From: an uncultured Acidobacteriota bacterium
Lineage (GTDB): Bacteria; Acidobacteriota; UBA890
Direction of reading: 5' to 3'
NCBI GenBank assembly: GCA_964455175.1
Contig: CAYVUW010000004.1
Coordinates: 5,177 to 65,152, forward strand
DNA length: 59,976 nt
Both the position numbers and the translations under genes were made by a program. The notes beneath the pieces were generated by a model. That model was not told the DNA's origin and ran no database searches. It was given only the letters and a program-made list of their open reading frames with translations. Shown here one piece after another: positions 47,766-57,444 of the stretch (position 1 is the stretch's first letter; each line of letters begins with the position of its first letter).

Positions 47766-50561
47766 GTGATTCCTTTCACGCGGTCTGCTCTGAGCTTGTT
47801 ATTGCTAGCGATTTTGGTTGCGTCTGACGTTTCTGGGCAATCGGGTCCCAGCAACCTTCTTGACTGGGTGCATTACCGAGAAATAGGTCCCACACGACCT
47901 GGAGGGCGTGTGGTTGCATTTGCCGTATCGAGCCAGGATCCCTATGTGTTCTACGTTGGCGCTGGTCCGGGGGGATTGTGGAAAACCGTCAACAATGGGA
48001 CGACGTTCGAATCAATATTCGACAATGAGCAGACATCATCAATCGGCCACATGGTTGTTGCCCCAACCGACGACAACATCGTCTACATCGGCACCGGTGA
48101 GGGAAATCTTAGAAACAGCGCCTACTACGGCGACGGAGTCTATAGAACAAACGACGGCGGTGTCAGTTGGTTAAACGTGGGTCTGCGAAAATCAGGGCAA
48201 ATAGGAAGGCTGGTTGTTCATCCCAAGAATCCCGACCTGGTTTATGTTGCGGCGCAGGGGCAGTACTACACGGAAAATTCAGAGCGGGGCGTGTACAAAA
48301 CAACAAACGGTGGCCGAACGTGGGAGAAGTCACTCGGAATCGTTGCTGAAGGCGTTGACGTTGGCGCAACAGATATTGTCATGGATCCGCGCGATCCTGA
48401 CGTCCTCTATGCTGCGACGTACCAGAGGATTCGCAGACCATGGGGCTTTTCCGGGTCCGGCCCTGGCAGCGGTATCCACAAAACTACCGATGGCGGCTCA
48501 ACATGGACGAAGCTATCTAATGGTCTCCCCGGCGGACTGATCGGGAAGATCGGTCTCGCCATATATCCCAAGAATCCGGACGTTCTCTATGCGGTCATCG
48601 AGAACGACAATGCTGAGGGGGTTTCCTACGAAGACCGGTGGAGTGAGATACAAGCAGGCAAACCCGGCGCTGTTGAACCGATTGGGAGTGTTGTTTACCG
48701 GACCGACGATGGTGGGCAATCGTGGCGCCAGACTACCGAAAGCACGGTTGGAGAGAGGACTAATTATTACGGCCAGATTGTTGTTGATCCTGGTGATGAA
48801 AACACGGTTTACGTCATGGATTCGATGGTGCATAAATCGACCGATGGGGGGCGCAATTGGTCGCGGGCGTTCGAATATGGTGGGGACAATCACGTTCTCT
48901 GGATTGATCCGGAGAATAGAGATCATATGTTGTTGGGATACGACTATGGTTTCGCGATGAGCTTCGACTCGGGGGCGAACTGGCTCCATCTTGACAATGT
49001 GTCGATGGCGCAAATCTACGCAATCGGTGTTGATATGGAGTACCCGTACAATGTCTACGGGGGCCTGCAAGATTTTGGCTCATGGAAGGGGCCAAGCACC
49101 AAAAAGGGCAGGTTCCCAATCAGGTTCGAGGACTGGGAACATGTGCTTGGTGGCGACGGTTTTTACAATCAGGTTGACCCGACCAACGGACGCTGGCTCT
49201 ATACCGAGTCGCAATTTGGAGGGCTTTCGCGCAATGACCAGAAGACGGGGGTACGGAGACGCATCGCGTATCGTGGGAACAACAACGTCCGCTTCAATTG
49301 GAATGCCCCACTTCTAATATCGCCACACAATGCGGACGTTATCTACCATGGTGCGAACATCCTTCTGAAGTCCCGGTTTCGGGGCGAACGATGGGAAGAG
49401 GTCAGTCCTGACCTCACCAAGAATGACGCGTCGAAGTTCGGCGGTCGCGAAGTGAGTCAGTATGGGACTTTGACGACGATCGACGAATCACCAGTGGAAC
49501 AGGGTGTGCTGTGGGCTGGAACGGACGACGGTAACGTGCAGGTAAGCCGCGACGGTGGCGATAACTGGACTCTCGTCAATGACAATATTCCCGACAACCC
49601 TGAGTACTGGGTGTCAAGAATCATCGGGTCACACCATGCTGCGGGTACCGCCTATGTGACGTTTACAGGTCGTCACATGACGGATTACCGACCGTTTGTT
49701 TACAAAACCACAGATTATGGGGAAACGTGGTTATCGATAACGGGCAACCTGCCTGACGAGAGCATCAATGTGATCCGAGAGGACCACAAAAACCCGAACC
49801 TTCTTTTTGTTGGGACAGACCGGACTGTTCACGTATCACTTGACGGGGGTCGCTCTTGGCATGAACTGAAAAACAATTTGCCAACGATTCCGGTACACGA
49901 TCTGGTTATTCATCCCCGCGAGAATGATCTTGTGGTCGGAACGTTTGGCCGCGGTTTCTACATTGCTGATATTTCCCCTCTTCAGGAGTTGACGGAAGAG
50001 GTCATGGACAATGACGTCCATTTCTTTGAAATTGAAAACAAGGTTCAGTGGGTCATGCCACGGCAAACAGCGGTTGCCGATCAGAACTTCGAAGGCGAAA
50101 ACGAACCGCACGGTGCCATGTTGAACTACTACCTGAAAAACAGCCTTCCTGAAGGCGTGAAGTTGTCAATTTACGATGGGGCAATTTTGATCAATGAATT
50201 CGAAGGGGCGGGGAACCCTGGTATTAACAGTGTCATGTGGGGAATGACCCGCCGCGGAAGGAAGAAAACTCCAGAAGAGGTCGCCCGTTGGGATGAACAG
50301 ATGAGATATGGGGAGCCAGAACCGTTTTACGATTACTATGACACCAACGAGTTTTTCGGGGCCGCGGACGAGGAAGTAGGAAGGACCGGGCTCTCGCTAA
50401 GGACGCGGGTGCAGGGGCGGCCGGGAATGCGGGGCAGAGACTACGTGCTACACCGCGTCCAGCCCGGACAATACCGGGTAGAGCTAGAGGCGAAGGGAAC
50501 AGCCTTCACGCAGACTTCACTCATTCTGCAAGACTTCTGGTACGACAAAAACTTCCAATAG
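47766..50561 (+). CDS. Exported Vps10/sortilin-like BNR repeat double propeller (paralog of 35027-37810)
   Basis: GTG start after GAGGAGG; signal peptide; YREIGPTRPGGRV. Multiple Asp-boxes (RTNDGGVSW, KTTDGGSTW, KSTDGGRNW, VSRDGGDNW, VSLDGGRSW). Confidence 0.88.
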   Translation: MIPFTRSALSLLLLAILVASDVSGQSGPSNLLDWVHYREIGPTRPGGRVVAFAVSSQDPYVFYVGAGPGGLWKTVNNGTTFESIFDNEQTSSIGHMVVAPTDDNIVYIGTGEGNLRNSAYYGDGVYRTNDGGVSWLNVGLRKSGQIGRLVVHPKNPDLVYVAAQGQYYTENSERGVYKTTNGGRTWEKSLGIVAEGVDVGATDIVMDPRDPDVLYAATYQRIRRPWGFSGSGPGSGIHKTTDGGSTWTKLSNGLPGGLIGKIGLAIYPKNPDVLYAVIENDNAEGVSYEDRWSEIQAGKPGAVEPIGSVVYRTDDGGQSWRQTTESTVGERTNYYGQIVVDPGDENTVYVMDSMVHKSTDGGRNWSRAFEYGGDNHVLWIDPENRDHMLLGYDYGFAMSFDSGANWLHLDNVSMAQIYAIGVDMEYPYNVYGGLQDFGSWKGPSTKKGRFPIRFEDWEHVLGGDGFYNQVDPTNGRWLYTESQFGGLSRNDQKTGVRRRIAYRGNNNVRFNWNAPLLISPHNADVIYHGANILLKSRFRGERWEEVSPDLTKNDASKFGGREVSQYGTLTTIDESPVEQGVLWAGTDDGNVQVSRDGGDNWTLVNDNIPDNPEYWVSRIIGSHHAAGTAYVTFTGRHMTDYRPFVYKTTDYGETWLSITGNLPDESINVIREDHKNPNLLFVGTDRTVHVSLDGGRSWHELKNNLPTIPVHDLVIHPRENDLVVGTFGRGFYIADISPLQELTEEVMDNDVHFFEIENKVQWVMPRQTAVADQNFEGENEPHGAMLNYYLKNSLPEGVKLSIYDGAILINEFEGAGNPGINSVMWGMTRRGRKKTPEEVARWDEQMRYGEPEPFYDYYDTNEFFGAADEEVGRTGLSLRTRVQGRPGMRGRDYVLHRVQPGQYRVELEAKGTAFTQTSLILQDFWYDKNFQ

Positions 50562-50588
50562 CCTTGAACATTACTCCCTACAGGGTAG

Positions 50589-50620
50589 CGATAGCCTGAA
50601 AGGTTAGCTGACGGCTATCG
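50589..50620. terminator. Candidate terminator hairpin between convergent genes
   Basis: 8-bp inverted repeat CGATAGCC / GGCTATCG with a 16-nt loop, between the stops at 50561 (+) and 50625 (-). Only a weak A/T tract flanks it. Confidence 0.35.
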
Positions 50621-50624
50621 AAAG

Positions 50625-52229
50625 TTACCAAGGCCGAGGTGCCACGCGCGGCAGTTTTTCGTCGCGCATGGCAGCATGGTAAGCGAACGTTGCCAACACA
50701 ACTGCTGACTGCATCAGCCCCTCCGGCACCAATCGCTCGTAGGTATCCATGCTGCCGTGGGCGTTGATGTTGTCAATGACCTTCCTGTCTTGCTCAAAAT
50801 AGAAGCCAGGCAATCCGACTTCTTCGTAAGCCTCGTGTTGCAACCCGGTGGTAAACAAATGAGTCATCCCGAGGTTACGCAGCGGCTTCATCCATTCTAA
50901 GAAAATGGACCGAACAAGCTCGTTACCCATAATCGATACCCCACGAATCCTGCCGCTGCCAATATCCATATTGAAATAGGCTGACAGGTTCTCGTAGTCT
51001 TCCTTGTATTCCTTTGTTTGTGGGTCGGCGAAGTTTGTACGTACGTGATGGCGATTACCGAACAAGCCCATTTCGTGCCCGCCCCAGAGTCCAAAGCGTA
51101 TGGTTCGCCTTGGCCTCACGCCGATGGCAGCAAGCGTGCGTGCCGCCTCCATGGTGGCAACGACCCCGGCAGCATCGTCGACGGCGCCGGTAGCTGCGGG
51201 GTTCGCTTCCAGATGTGCGCCGACAATAACTAGCTCGTGCGCTAGGTCAGTGCCAGGGATCTCAGCGATAACGTTGTGATCGGTAAGGTCGTTACGGCTG
51301 AAAGAAACTCTAACGTTGGCTTCTATCTCCACTGGTACGCCCTTCTCGAGGATGCGCATGATGCGGTTGTAATGCTCCGCTGACATCACAAGCTCCGGTG
51401 GGTGCGGTGTTGCATCGACCTCCCAGGGCTTGGTTTCCAGGGTGTACCTATTATTCTCGACAACTACCGTCCCGTAGTCGGTACGCCCGTCAGTGCGAAC
51501 AATAGCTGCAGCACCCTCGGCGAAAACGAAGTCGATAATCTGCTGGCGGGGCAATGTGGATCGATTCGCGCTCCGCTCCGACTGGACGGGATTGGTTGGC
51601 CCGACTGTAATCTTTGCCATTGCGTCGAGCTCTTCTTCAGTGAAGCCTTCCGGTAGCAGCGGGATAGTTGTACTGATTGCTTGTTTCGGATGAGTTAACA
51701 CAAGTGCGTTCTTTAGTCTTCCCCGATACGGTTCTAGATCTATCTCGCCCTCGATCTGAGAAAAATCTAAGTAGACCGCTGGACCTTGCACCTTCCCGTT
51801 GGTGCCCTGGGACCAGGTTGCCGGGTAGGCAAGCAGCGACATGTATTGGGGTTTCATCATATGAACTGAGATGTACTCATTCACATAGCCGATGCCGAAT
51901 TCATAAGGCTCTAAATATGAGTTTGAAATTCCATATTCCTTGAACTTCTCGACTGCCCATTCAGCAGCGGCTTTGTACCCAGGGGATTTGGCGACGCGGG
52001 GGCCGAACACGTCAGTCAGCCAGCTAGCGTTGTCCATAAGCTCGGTGTTAGTGAAGATTTCCTCACGGATTTGTTGTGCGACATCCCAGTACACTGGTTC
52101 CTGTAGGGGCGCTGATGACACTGGGAGAACCGAAAACACCAGTAGGACTGAGGCAAGCATGGTCACTACGCATCTGCGGCTAGCGATTTGGGCTTGTTGC
52201 GGGGCTCGTTCCATTTGCTTGCTCACCAT
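50625..52229 (-). CDS. Exported M28-fold protein, GGHE variant
   Basis: Signal peptide. Motifs GAHLEA, GAVDDAAG, WGGHEMG, FNMD and AHGSMDTYE; C-terminus APRPW. Start overlaps the upstream stop. Confidence 0.85.
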   Translation of the reverse strand: MVSKQMERAPQQAQIASRRCVVTMLASVLLVFSVLPVSSAPLQEPVYWDVAQQIREEIFTNTELMDNASWLTDVFGPRVAKSPGYKAAAEWAVEKFKEYGISNSYLEPYEFGIGYVNEYISVHMMKPQYMSLLAYPATWSQGTNGKVQGPAVYLDFSQIEGEIDLEPYRGRLKNALVLTHPKQAISTTIPLLPEGFTEEELDAMAKITVGPTNPVQSERSANRSTLPRQQIIDFVFAEGAAAIVRTDGRTDYGTVVVENNRYTLETKPWEVDATPHPPELVMSAEHYNRIMRILEKGVPVEIEANVRVSFSRNDLTDHNVIAEIPGTDLAHELVIVGAHLEANPAATGAVDDAAGVVATMEAARTLAAIGVRPRRTIRFGLWGGHEMGLFGNRHHVRTNFADPQTKEYKEDYENLSAYFNMDIGSGRIRGVSIMGNELVRSIFLEWMKPLRNLGMTHLFTTGLQHEAYEEVGLPGFYFEQDRKVIDNINAHGSMDTYERLVPEGLMQSAVVLATFAYHAAMRDEKLPRVAPRPW

Positions 52230-53857
52230 GGTCGCGGTACCGCCCGAGGTAACTTCTCGTCGCGCATCGCAGCGTGATATGCGAACGTGGCCATAACGAC
52301 TGCATTCTGAATCAAATCCTCGGGAACCAGGCGATCGTACAGATCCATGTTCGTATGTGCGTTCATGTCATCGATCGCCTTCCGGTCTTGATCGAAATAG
52401 AAGCCCAACAACCCGACTTCTTCGTAGGCCTCATGTTCCATTCCGTTGAGGAACAGGTGTGTCATCCCCAAAGCGCGCAGCGGTTTTATCCATTCAAGAA
52501 GAATTGACCGCAGGACCTCACTCCCCATAATTGAAACGCCACGGACTTTTCCGGTACCGATGTCCAGATTGAAATAGGCTGAAAGGTTGTCGTAGTCAGC
52601 CTTGTACTCTTGGGTTACTGGGTCTGCAAAGTTTTGCCGGACATGGCTGCGGTTGCCGTACAAACCCATTTCGTGCCCACCCCAGAGACCAACTCGAATC
52701 GTCCTGCGAGGCTGTGCCCCGATAGCCATGAGAATCCTCGCTGCCTCCATGGTTGCAGCGACGCCGGCACCATCGTCGATGGCTCCGGTACCGACCGGTT
52801 CCGACTGCAGATGCGCACCGATGATGACGATCTCATGCGCCAGATCAGTTCCAGGGATTTCAGCAATAACGTTGTAGTCGTAAGGGTCGTCAGCCGGAAA
52901 TTCGACTCTGATCTCGAGTTCCATCTCAACCGGAATGTCTTTCTCCAGAATCCGCATCATGCGGTTGTAGTGCTCTGCCGCAATGATTACCTCGGTAATT
53001 GGCGCTGGAGCGTCTGCTTCCCACATGCGCCGTTCCATTGAATAACCATTGACCGCAGCATCTACCATTCCCAGCCCGTTGCTCCCATCGGGCCGAACTA
53101 CCGCTAGTGCGCCCTCGGCGAAAACGAAATCGTAGATTTGTTCGCGTGATAGTCGTTCATCATGCGGTCTTTGTTCCCGGGACTCTTCGGATTCCGGGCC
53201 GGGGATGGGAATCGCTGCCATCGCGTCGAGCTCTTTGTCAGTGAAGCTCGTGGGTTTGAACTGAAAGTGGGTGGGAACGGTTTGTATTGGACTGATGAGG
53301 ATAATGAAGTCTTCTAACTGGCCGCGGTAGGGATCCAGATCCGCTTCGATGGCAAACGCTTCGAAGTTGACGTACTTAACGGGTGCCCGAATCTTTCCAT
53401 CTGTACCGGCTGACCATGGTGCAGGATAGGCGATGAACGGCGAGTACCGTGGGCTCGTCATGTGCACCGACGTGTATTTGTTGTCCCAGCCTGCCGCGAA
53501 GTCGAACGGCTCCAATCGAGCTTCAGACAAACCGTAATCATCGAGTTTCTGCCGCGCCCATTCCGATGCTGCAATGTAGCCGGAAGACTTTGAGTTCCTC
53601 GGCCCGAAAACATCGGTGAGCCAGCTAGCGACCTCCATTACCTCCGAACGTTCGAAGGCCTCCTCCATTATTTGGCCGACGGCATCCCAGTACACTGGCT
53701 CCGGTTCAGGTGTTGGAGTAGCTATTTGAGGATTCTGTGGTTGCCACGGAATCAAGGCACTGGCCGGTGAGACAACCGCAGAGGCTAGAGACAACGCGGC
53801 TACTAAAATGCCCGGGCCGCGCGTGATTATCCGGCCATTCCATGGCCGGGCCCTCAT
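52223..53857 (-). CDS. Exported M28-fold protein, GGHE variant
   Basis: Signal peptide. Motifs GAHLQS, GAIDDGAG, WGGHEMG, FNLD and AHTNMDLYD; C-terminus VPRPW. Confidence 0.85.
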   Translation of the reverse strand: MRARPWNGRIITRGPGILVAALSLASAVVSPASALIPWQPQNPQIATPTPEPEPVYWDAVGQIMEEAFERSEVMEVASWLTDVFGPRNSKSSGYIAASEWARQKLDDYGLSEARLEPFDFAAGWDNKYTSVHMTSPRYSPFIAYPAPWSAGTDGKIRAPVKYVNFEAFAIEADLDPYRGQLEDFIILISPIQTVPTHFQFKPTSFTDKELDAMAAIPIPGPESEESREQRPHDERLSREQIYDFVFAEGALAVVRPDGSNGLGMVDAAVNGYSMERRMWEADAPAPITEVIIAAEHYNRMMRILEKDIPVEMELEIRVEFPADDPYDYNVIAEIPGTDLAHEIVIIGAHLQSEPVGTGAIDDGAGVAATMEAARILMAIGAQPRRTIRVGLWGGHEMGLYGNRSHVRQNFADPVTQEYKADYDNLSAYFNLDIGTGKVRGVSIMGSEVLRSILLEWIKPLRALGMTHLFLNGMEHEAYEEVGLLGFYFDQDRKAIDDMNAHTNMDLYDRLVPEDLIQNAVVMATFAYHAAMRDEKLPRAVPRPW

Positions 53858-53890
53858 CAAACCGCGTCTCTTGCCGGCGTAAAATCCCAA

Positions 53891-55798
53891 CTAATTCTCC
53901 TTGACCGGAATTACCGGAAGGATGAGATGAGACGGGTATTGTCTCGAATGGTGGACCGTATTCCTAGCGATCACCCATTCCGTCTCATCGTAATTGTTTC
54001 CCCCGGTATTAAGATTTCGCTCATAGGATGGGAAATCACTACTTGAAACCTGCAGCCGGATCCTGTGCCCCGGTGCAAAGTAATTACTAGTGGCATCCAT
54101 GTCCACTTGAATCTGGTATACGCCACCTTCTTCCATCCAGACTTTCTTAGTGAACCCTTCGCGATAGCGAGCCCGCAAAATACTCGCTTGGATGTTGTAG
54201 GCCGTCCCGTCTGGGTACACGTCCACGAGCTTAGCCGTGAAATCAGTATCCTTTGCCGAAGACGATATATAGAAGACTGCCGTTATCGGGCCGGTCAACT
54301 CGACACCTTCTTCCAGCGGCGGTGTGGTGTAGACAAGCACATCATTGCGAACTTCGACCGGGCCTTGATCGATCGCACCGGCGGATGTTCCCCAGGGAGT
54401 TCCGCGCGGCCCCCCTGTGGATGGGACCGGATGAGCGGGGTCGTAAATGAAAGTGTCCGGCGATTCGTCACGGGGGGGCTCTGTGGAAAGTCGACCGTCC
54501 CCGTAGCGGCTATTTGCACCTCCCATGCTATGAAGAAAGTATTTGGTGTATTCAGTTTCCGGCAGCGGCCACGCATCCGCTGAGCTCCACTCGTTGCTCC
54601 CCATTGTGTAGTACTGGACCTTCGGCATATCCGTGGCGCCGTTTTCCTCTCCTTTGAGCCAATACTCAAACCATTTGATATAGATCGAGTAATAATCGAG
54701 CCGGGCGTCACCGATATCGCGATCACCCACCACCGTGTGCTCTGTTGCCTGCTCATAGCTGCAATGGGTCGTCGGGGCAATAATAAGGAATTGATTGGCC
54801 GCAGCGGTTTCAGAGACAGCTTTCTCTCGGAAGTAGTTAAACTCGTAAATCGTCTCGTCGACACTGATGTCGTACCAGGAGCTCACGTGTAATGCTGTTA
54901 CATCGATTGTTTCGGTTCCGTCGTAATAGCCCATCGTGTCATGCCACCAGGGATCGCCAAAATCCCGCGTTGCCAGATCGAGAAAATCGTTAGGAGGCGC
55001 CCCTGCTTTATTCATAATGTCGATGAGAGGCAACGTCCAGACCAGTTTTTCCCAATCTGGCTCCGGTGCTGTAGTTGCCTGGGGAGAGTAGAAATCGCGG
55101 ATTTTGGCAATCTCCTCATCTGATAGTCCCGGTGGGGGCTTAAAGGAATACTTGTTGCCGGAGCTGAAATACCAAGGCACGGTGGCGGCGAAGTCGAGAA
55201 CACCGCCCTTGAAGCCCGACCAATACCGATACCGGCCGTTTGCGGCACCGATGAACGGCCCATTCCGAGGAATCATTGTGGTCAGGTTAGGGTGTTTCAG
55301 TGGTGCTGTGGCGGCTTGCACCTCGGCTGGATACGAGCAGCCATGCATCCCCACCTTGCCGTTGGACCAAGATTGCTTGGCAATCCAATCAACGGCATCG
55401 TAGCCATCCTCAGCTTCACTTCCCGCCGGTGGAGAGTAGATCCCTTCAGACTCGAACTTGCCTCGGCTGTCTTGCACGGCGACAACAAAGCCTCGTGACG
55501 CAAACATATAAGCGTCGCCGTTCTTGTTATCTCTCAATTCGTTCTTGTTATACGGAGTCCGGATGAGAATTACGGGCAGTTTTTCGTCAGGAATTTCTGG
55601 GAAGTACAGGTCGGTTGCCAACCGTACACCGTCTCGCATGGGGACCATGCGGCTTTTCTCCAACCGCACTTCGTTTTCCGGGGCAGGTCGGCTGATAGGA
55701 CCTGATGAATCCTGCAACATTGCTTCATATGCCTCCGCAACGGTAATAAGCGCCCCCAACACTAGAAAAATCAAAACAGGGATAAGGCGAAGTCTCAT
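53891..55798 (-). CDS. Exported CocE/NonD (S15) family serine hydrolase
   Basis: Signal peptide. Motifs VPMRDGVRLATDLY, LIRTPY, QDSRGKFESEG, nucleophile GCSYP, WYD and PTTH, plus a C-terminal jelly-roll (DTDFTAKLVDV, NLNTGG). Confidence 0.9.
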   Translation of the reverse strand: MRLRLIPVLIFLVLGALITVAEAYEAMLQDSSGPISRPAPENEVRLEKSRMVPMRDGVRLATDLYFPEIPDEKLPVILIRTPYNKNELRDNKNGDAYMFASRGFVVAVQDSRGKFESEGIYSPPAGSEAEDGYDAVDWIAKQSWSNGKVGMHGCSYPAEVQAATAPLKHPNLTTMIPRNGPFIGAANGRYRYWSGFKGGVLDFAATVPWYFSSGNKYSFKPPPGLSDEEIAKIRDFYSPQATTAPEPDWEKLVWTLPLIDIMNKAGAPPNDFLDLATRDFGDPWWHDTMGYYDGTETIDVTALHVSSWYDISVDETIYEFNYFREKAVSETAAANQFLIIAPTTHCSYEQATEHTVVGDRDIGDARLDYYSIYIKWFEYWLKGEENGATDMPKVQYYTMGSNEWSSADAWPLPETEYTKYFLHSMGGANSRYGDGRLSTEPPRDESPDTFIYDPAHPVPSTGGPRGTPWGTSAGAIDQGPVEVRNDVLVYTTPPLEEGVELTGPITAVFYISSSAKDTDFTAKLVDVYPDGTAYNIQASILRARYREGFTKKVWMEEGGVYQIQVDMDATSNYFAPGHRIRLQVSSSDFPSYERNLNTGGNNYDETEWVIARNTVHHSRQYPSHLILPVIPVKEN

Positions 55799-55994
55799 AG
55801 TGTGCTTCTGCAACTCTCTGGAGACCGTTTCTTCCCGGAGGGACTCTGTCTCCTATTTTCGAAAAAAATAACAAGAAACCACGAGATTTGACCGAAGGAT
55901 GCCCTAGAATTCGCTGCGGATCCATTCTGAACGTTGACCTAGTTAGAAACTGTAATCGGGTAATGGGGCAAGCTCGTCAGGGAGAGAGATAGTG

Positions 55995-57422
55995 ATGACC
56001 TTTAGAACACTTTTACAAGTAGCTGTATTTTCGGCTGTTGTTTTGTTCGTCGCGCCGATTGCCTATGGGCAATCGGATGTAATGACGGCGAAAGTAAGCT
56101 CGGAAATTCTCCACCTAATGCGGAAAGAAAAACTTGACCTCATACTTCCTGGGGCCATGCGTGACAACAACATTGACATGTGGATCCATGTCACGCGGCA
56201 AGGTGATCCGGACCCAATGGTCCAGCAGTTTGGCAACGCGTGGGGATACATTGTTTTTACGGACCGGGGAGGAGACCGGATTGAGCGAGCGTTGTTCGGT
56301 GGCGGCGGTAGTCGGGAGCTATTTGATATCTTCGGTTCACGGGCAATCCGGATGGCGATCGCCGGTTATGACTACGGCGATCAAGATTTCTCTGTCTACG
56401 ATGAGCTGCGAAATTTCGTCGCCGAGCGAAACCCATCGACAATAGCGGTTAACACTTCCGATTGGCTTGCGATTGCAGATGGAATATCTCATTCACAGTA
56501 CGTAAAGCTCCAGAAAATCCTTGGCCCCGAGTATTCCAAGAAAATCGTCTCAGCGGAAAATGTGATCACGGATTTTCGGGCGCGTCGAACACAACGGGAG
56601 ATCGTCGCCTACGCGAATGCGTTGGAAATACACCGTCAAATTCTCGAACGCTCTTTGTCCAATGAGGTGATAACCCCAGGGGAGACTACTTTAGGGGAAG
56701 TGGGTGCGTGGGTTAGAGAGCAGTTTCACCAGCGGGGCTTGTTGCGAGGGCCCGATGCAGGCGCAGGGTCCCCCGGGATCCTGTATTCAGCGACGGCGTC
56801 AAAGCTGGGGCGGTTTGATGATGATGACTACGTGATCCAGCGTGGTGATTTCCTGACGTTTGACACAGGTGTTAGATATCTCGACTATTTCTCGACGGAT
56901 TACAAACGCAATGCTTATGTTCTCAGGGAAGGTGAAACTGCTCCTCCCGAGAGTATTCAGCACGCATTTGATCGAGCTGTCGGTGCTCGTGAGATCATGC
57001 GCAAGGAAATCAAGGTTGGTCGAACGGCTGGGCAGACGTTGGCTGCCAGCGTGGAAGCAATGGAAGCTGCTGGCTACATTTACACACCTTTTACCGATAT
57101 TGGTGAAGATGACTACATGCTCGTGCAGGAGGCACTCATCAATACCGACAAATCGGGATTTTCTATTGATTTTCACAGCCAGGGGAACAACAGCGGTAGT
57201 TTGGTGACGGTCGGACCTTCGGTGGCTCCATTTCGATCTGACCGAGATCACTTAGTAATTCAGGAAAACCACATGTTCTCTTTCGAATACATGGTTCACA
57301 CGAATGTTCCAGAACGTCCTGGCTATCCTGTTTCGATCAACATCGAAGGCAATCACATCGTGACCAGCCGGGGTGTGGAATACCTTTATCCGCCAAATGA
57401 ACGAATTTTGCTGATTTACTAA
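55995..57422 (+). CDS. Exported M24 family protein, HSQGNN variant
   Basis: Signal peptide. Motifs TFDTG..STDYKR, FHSQGNNSG, SFEY and IEGN. Long near-identical stretches shared with 27119-28555 (PVSINIEGNHIVTSRGVEYL). Confidence 0.86.
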   Translation: MTFRTLLQVAVFSAVVLFVAPIAYGQSDVMTAKVSSEILHLMRKEKLDLILPGAMRDNNIDMWIHVTRQGDPDPMVQQFGNAWGYIVFTDRGGDRIERALFGGGGSRELFDIFGSRAIRMAIAGYDYGDQDFSVYDELRNFVAERNPSTIAVNTSDWLAIADGISHSQYVKLQKILGPEYSKKIVSAENVITDFRARRTQREIVAYANALEIHRQILERSLSNEVITPGETTLGEVGAWVREQFHQRGLLRGPDAGAGSPGILYSATASKLGRFDDDDYVIQRGDFLTFDTGVRYLDYFSTDYKRNAYVLREGETAPPESIQHAFDRAVGAREIMRKEIKVGRTAGQTLAASVEAMEAAGYIYTPFTDIGEDDYMLVQEALINTDKSGFSIDFHSQGNNSGSLVTVGPSVAPFRSDRDHLVIQENHMFSFEYMVHTNVPERPGYPVSINIEGNHIVTSRGVEYLYPPNERILLIY

Positions 57423-57444
57423 GCTTTTAGGGGAGCGAAACACA

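Noticed and set aside
328-54864. Long antisense or alternate-frame ORFs (e.g. 328-963, 23040-23639, 40384-41058, 41596-42237, 54065-54583, 54295-54864, 8129-8809)
   Set aside because: Each lies wholly within a well-supported gene, has no recognisable motif or RBS, and is explained by codon bias of the real gene.
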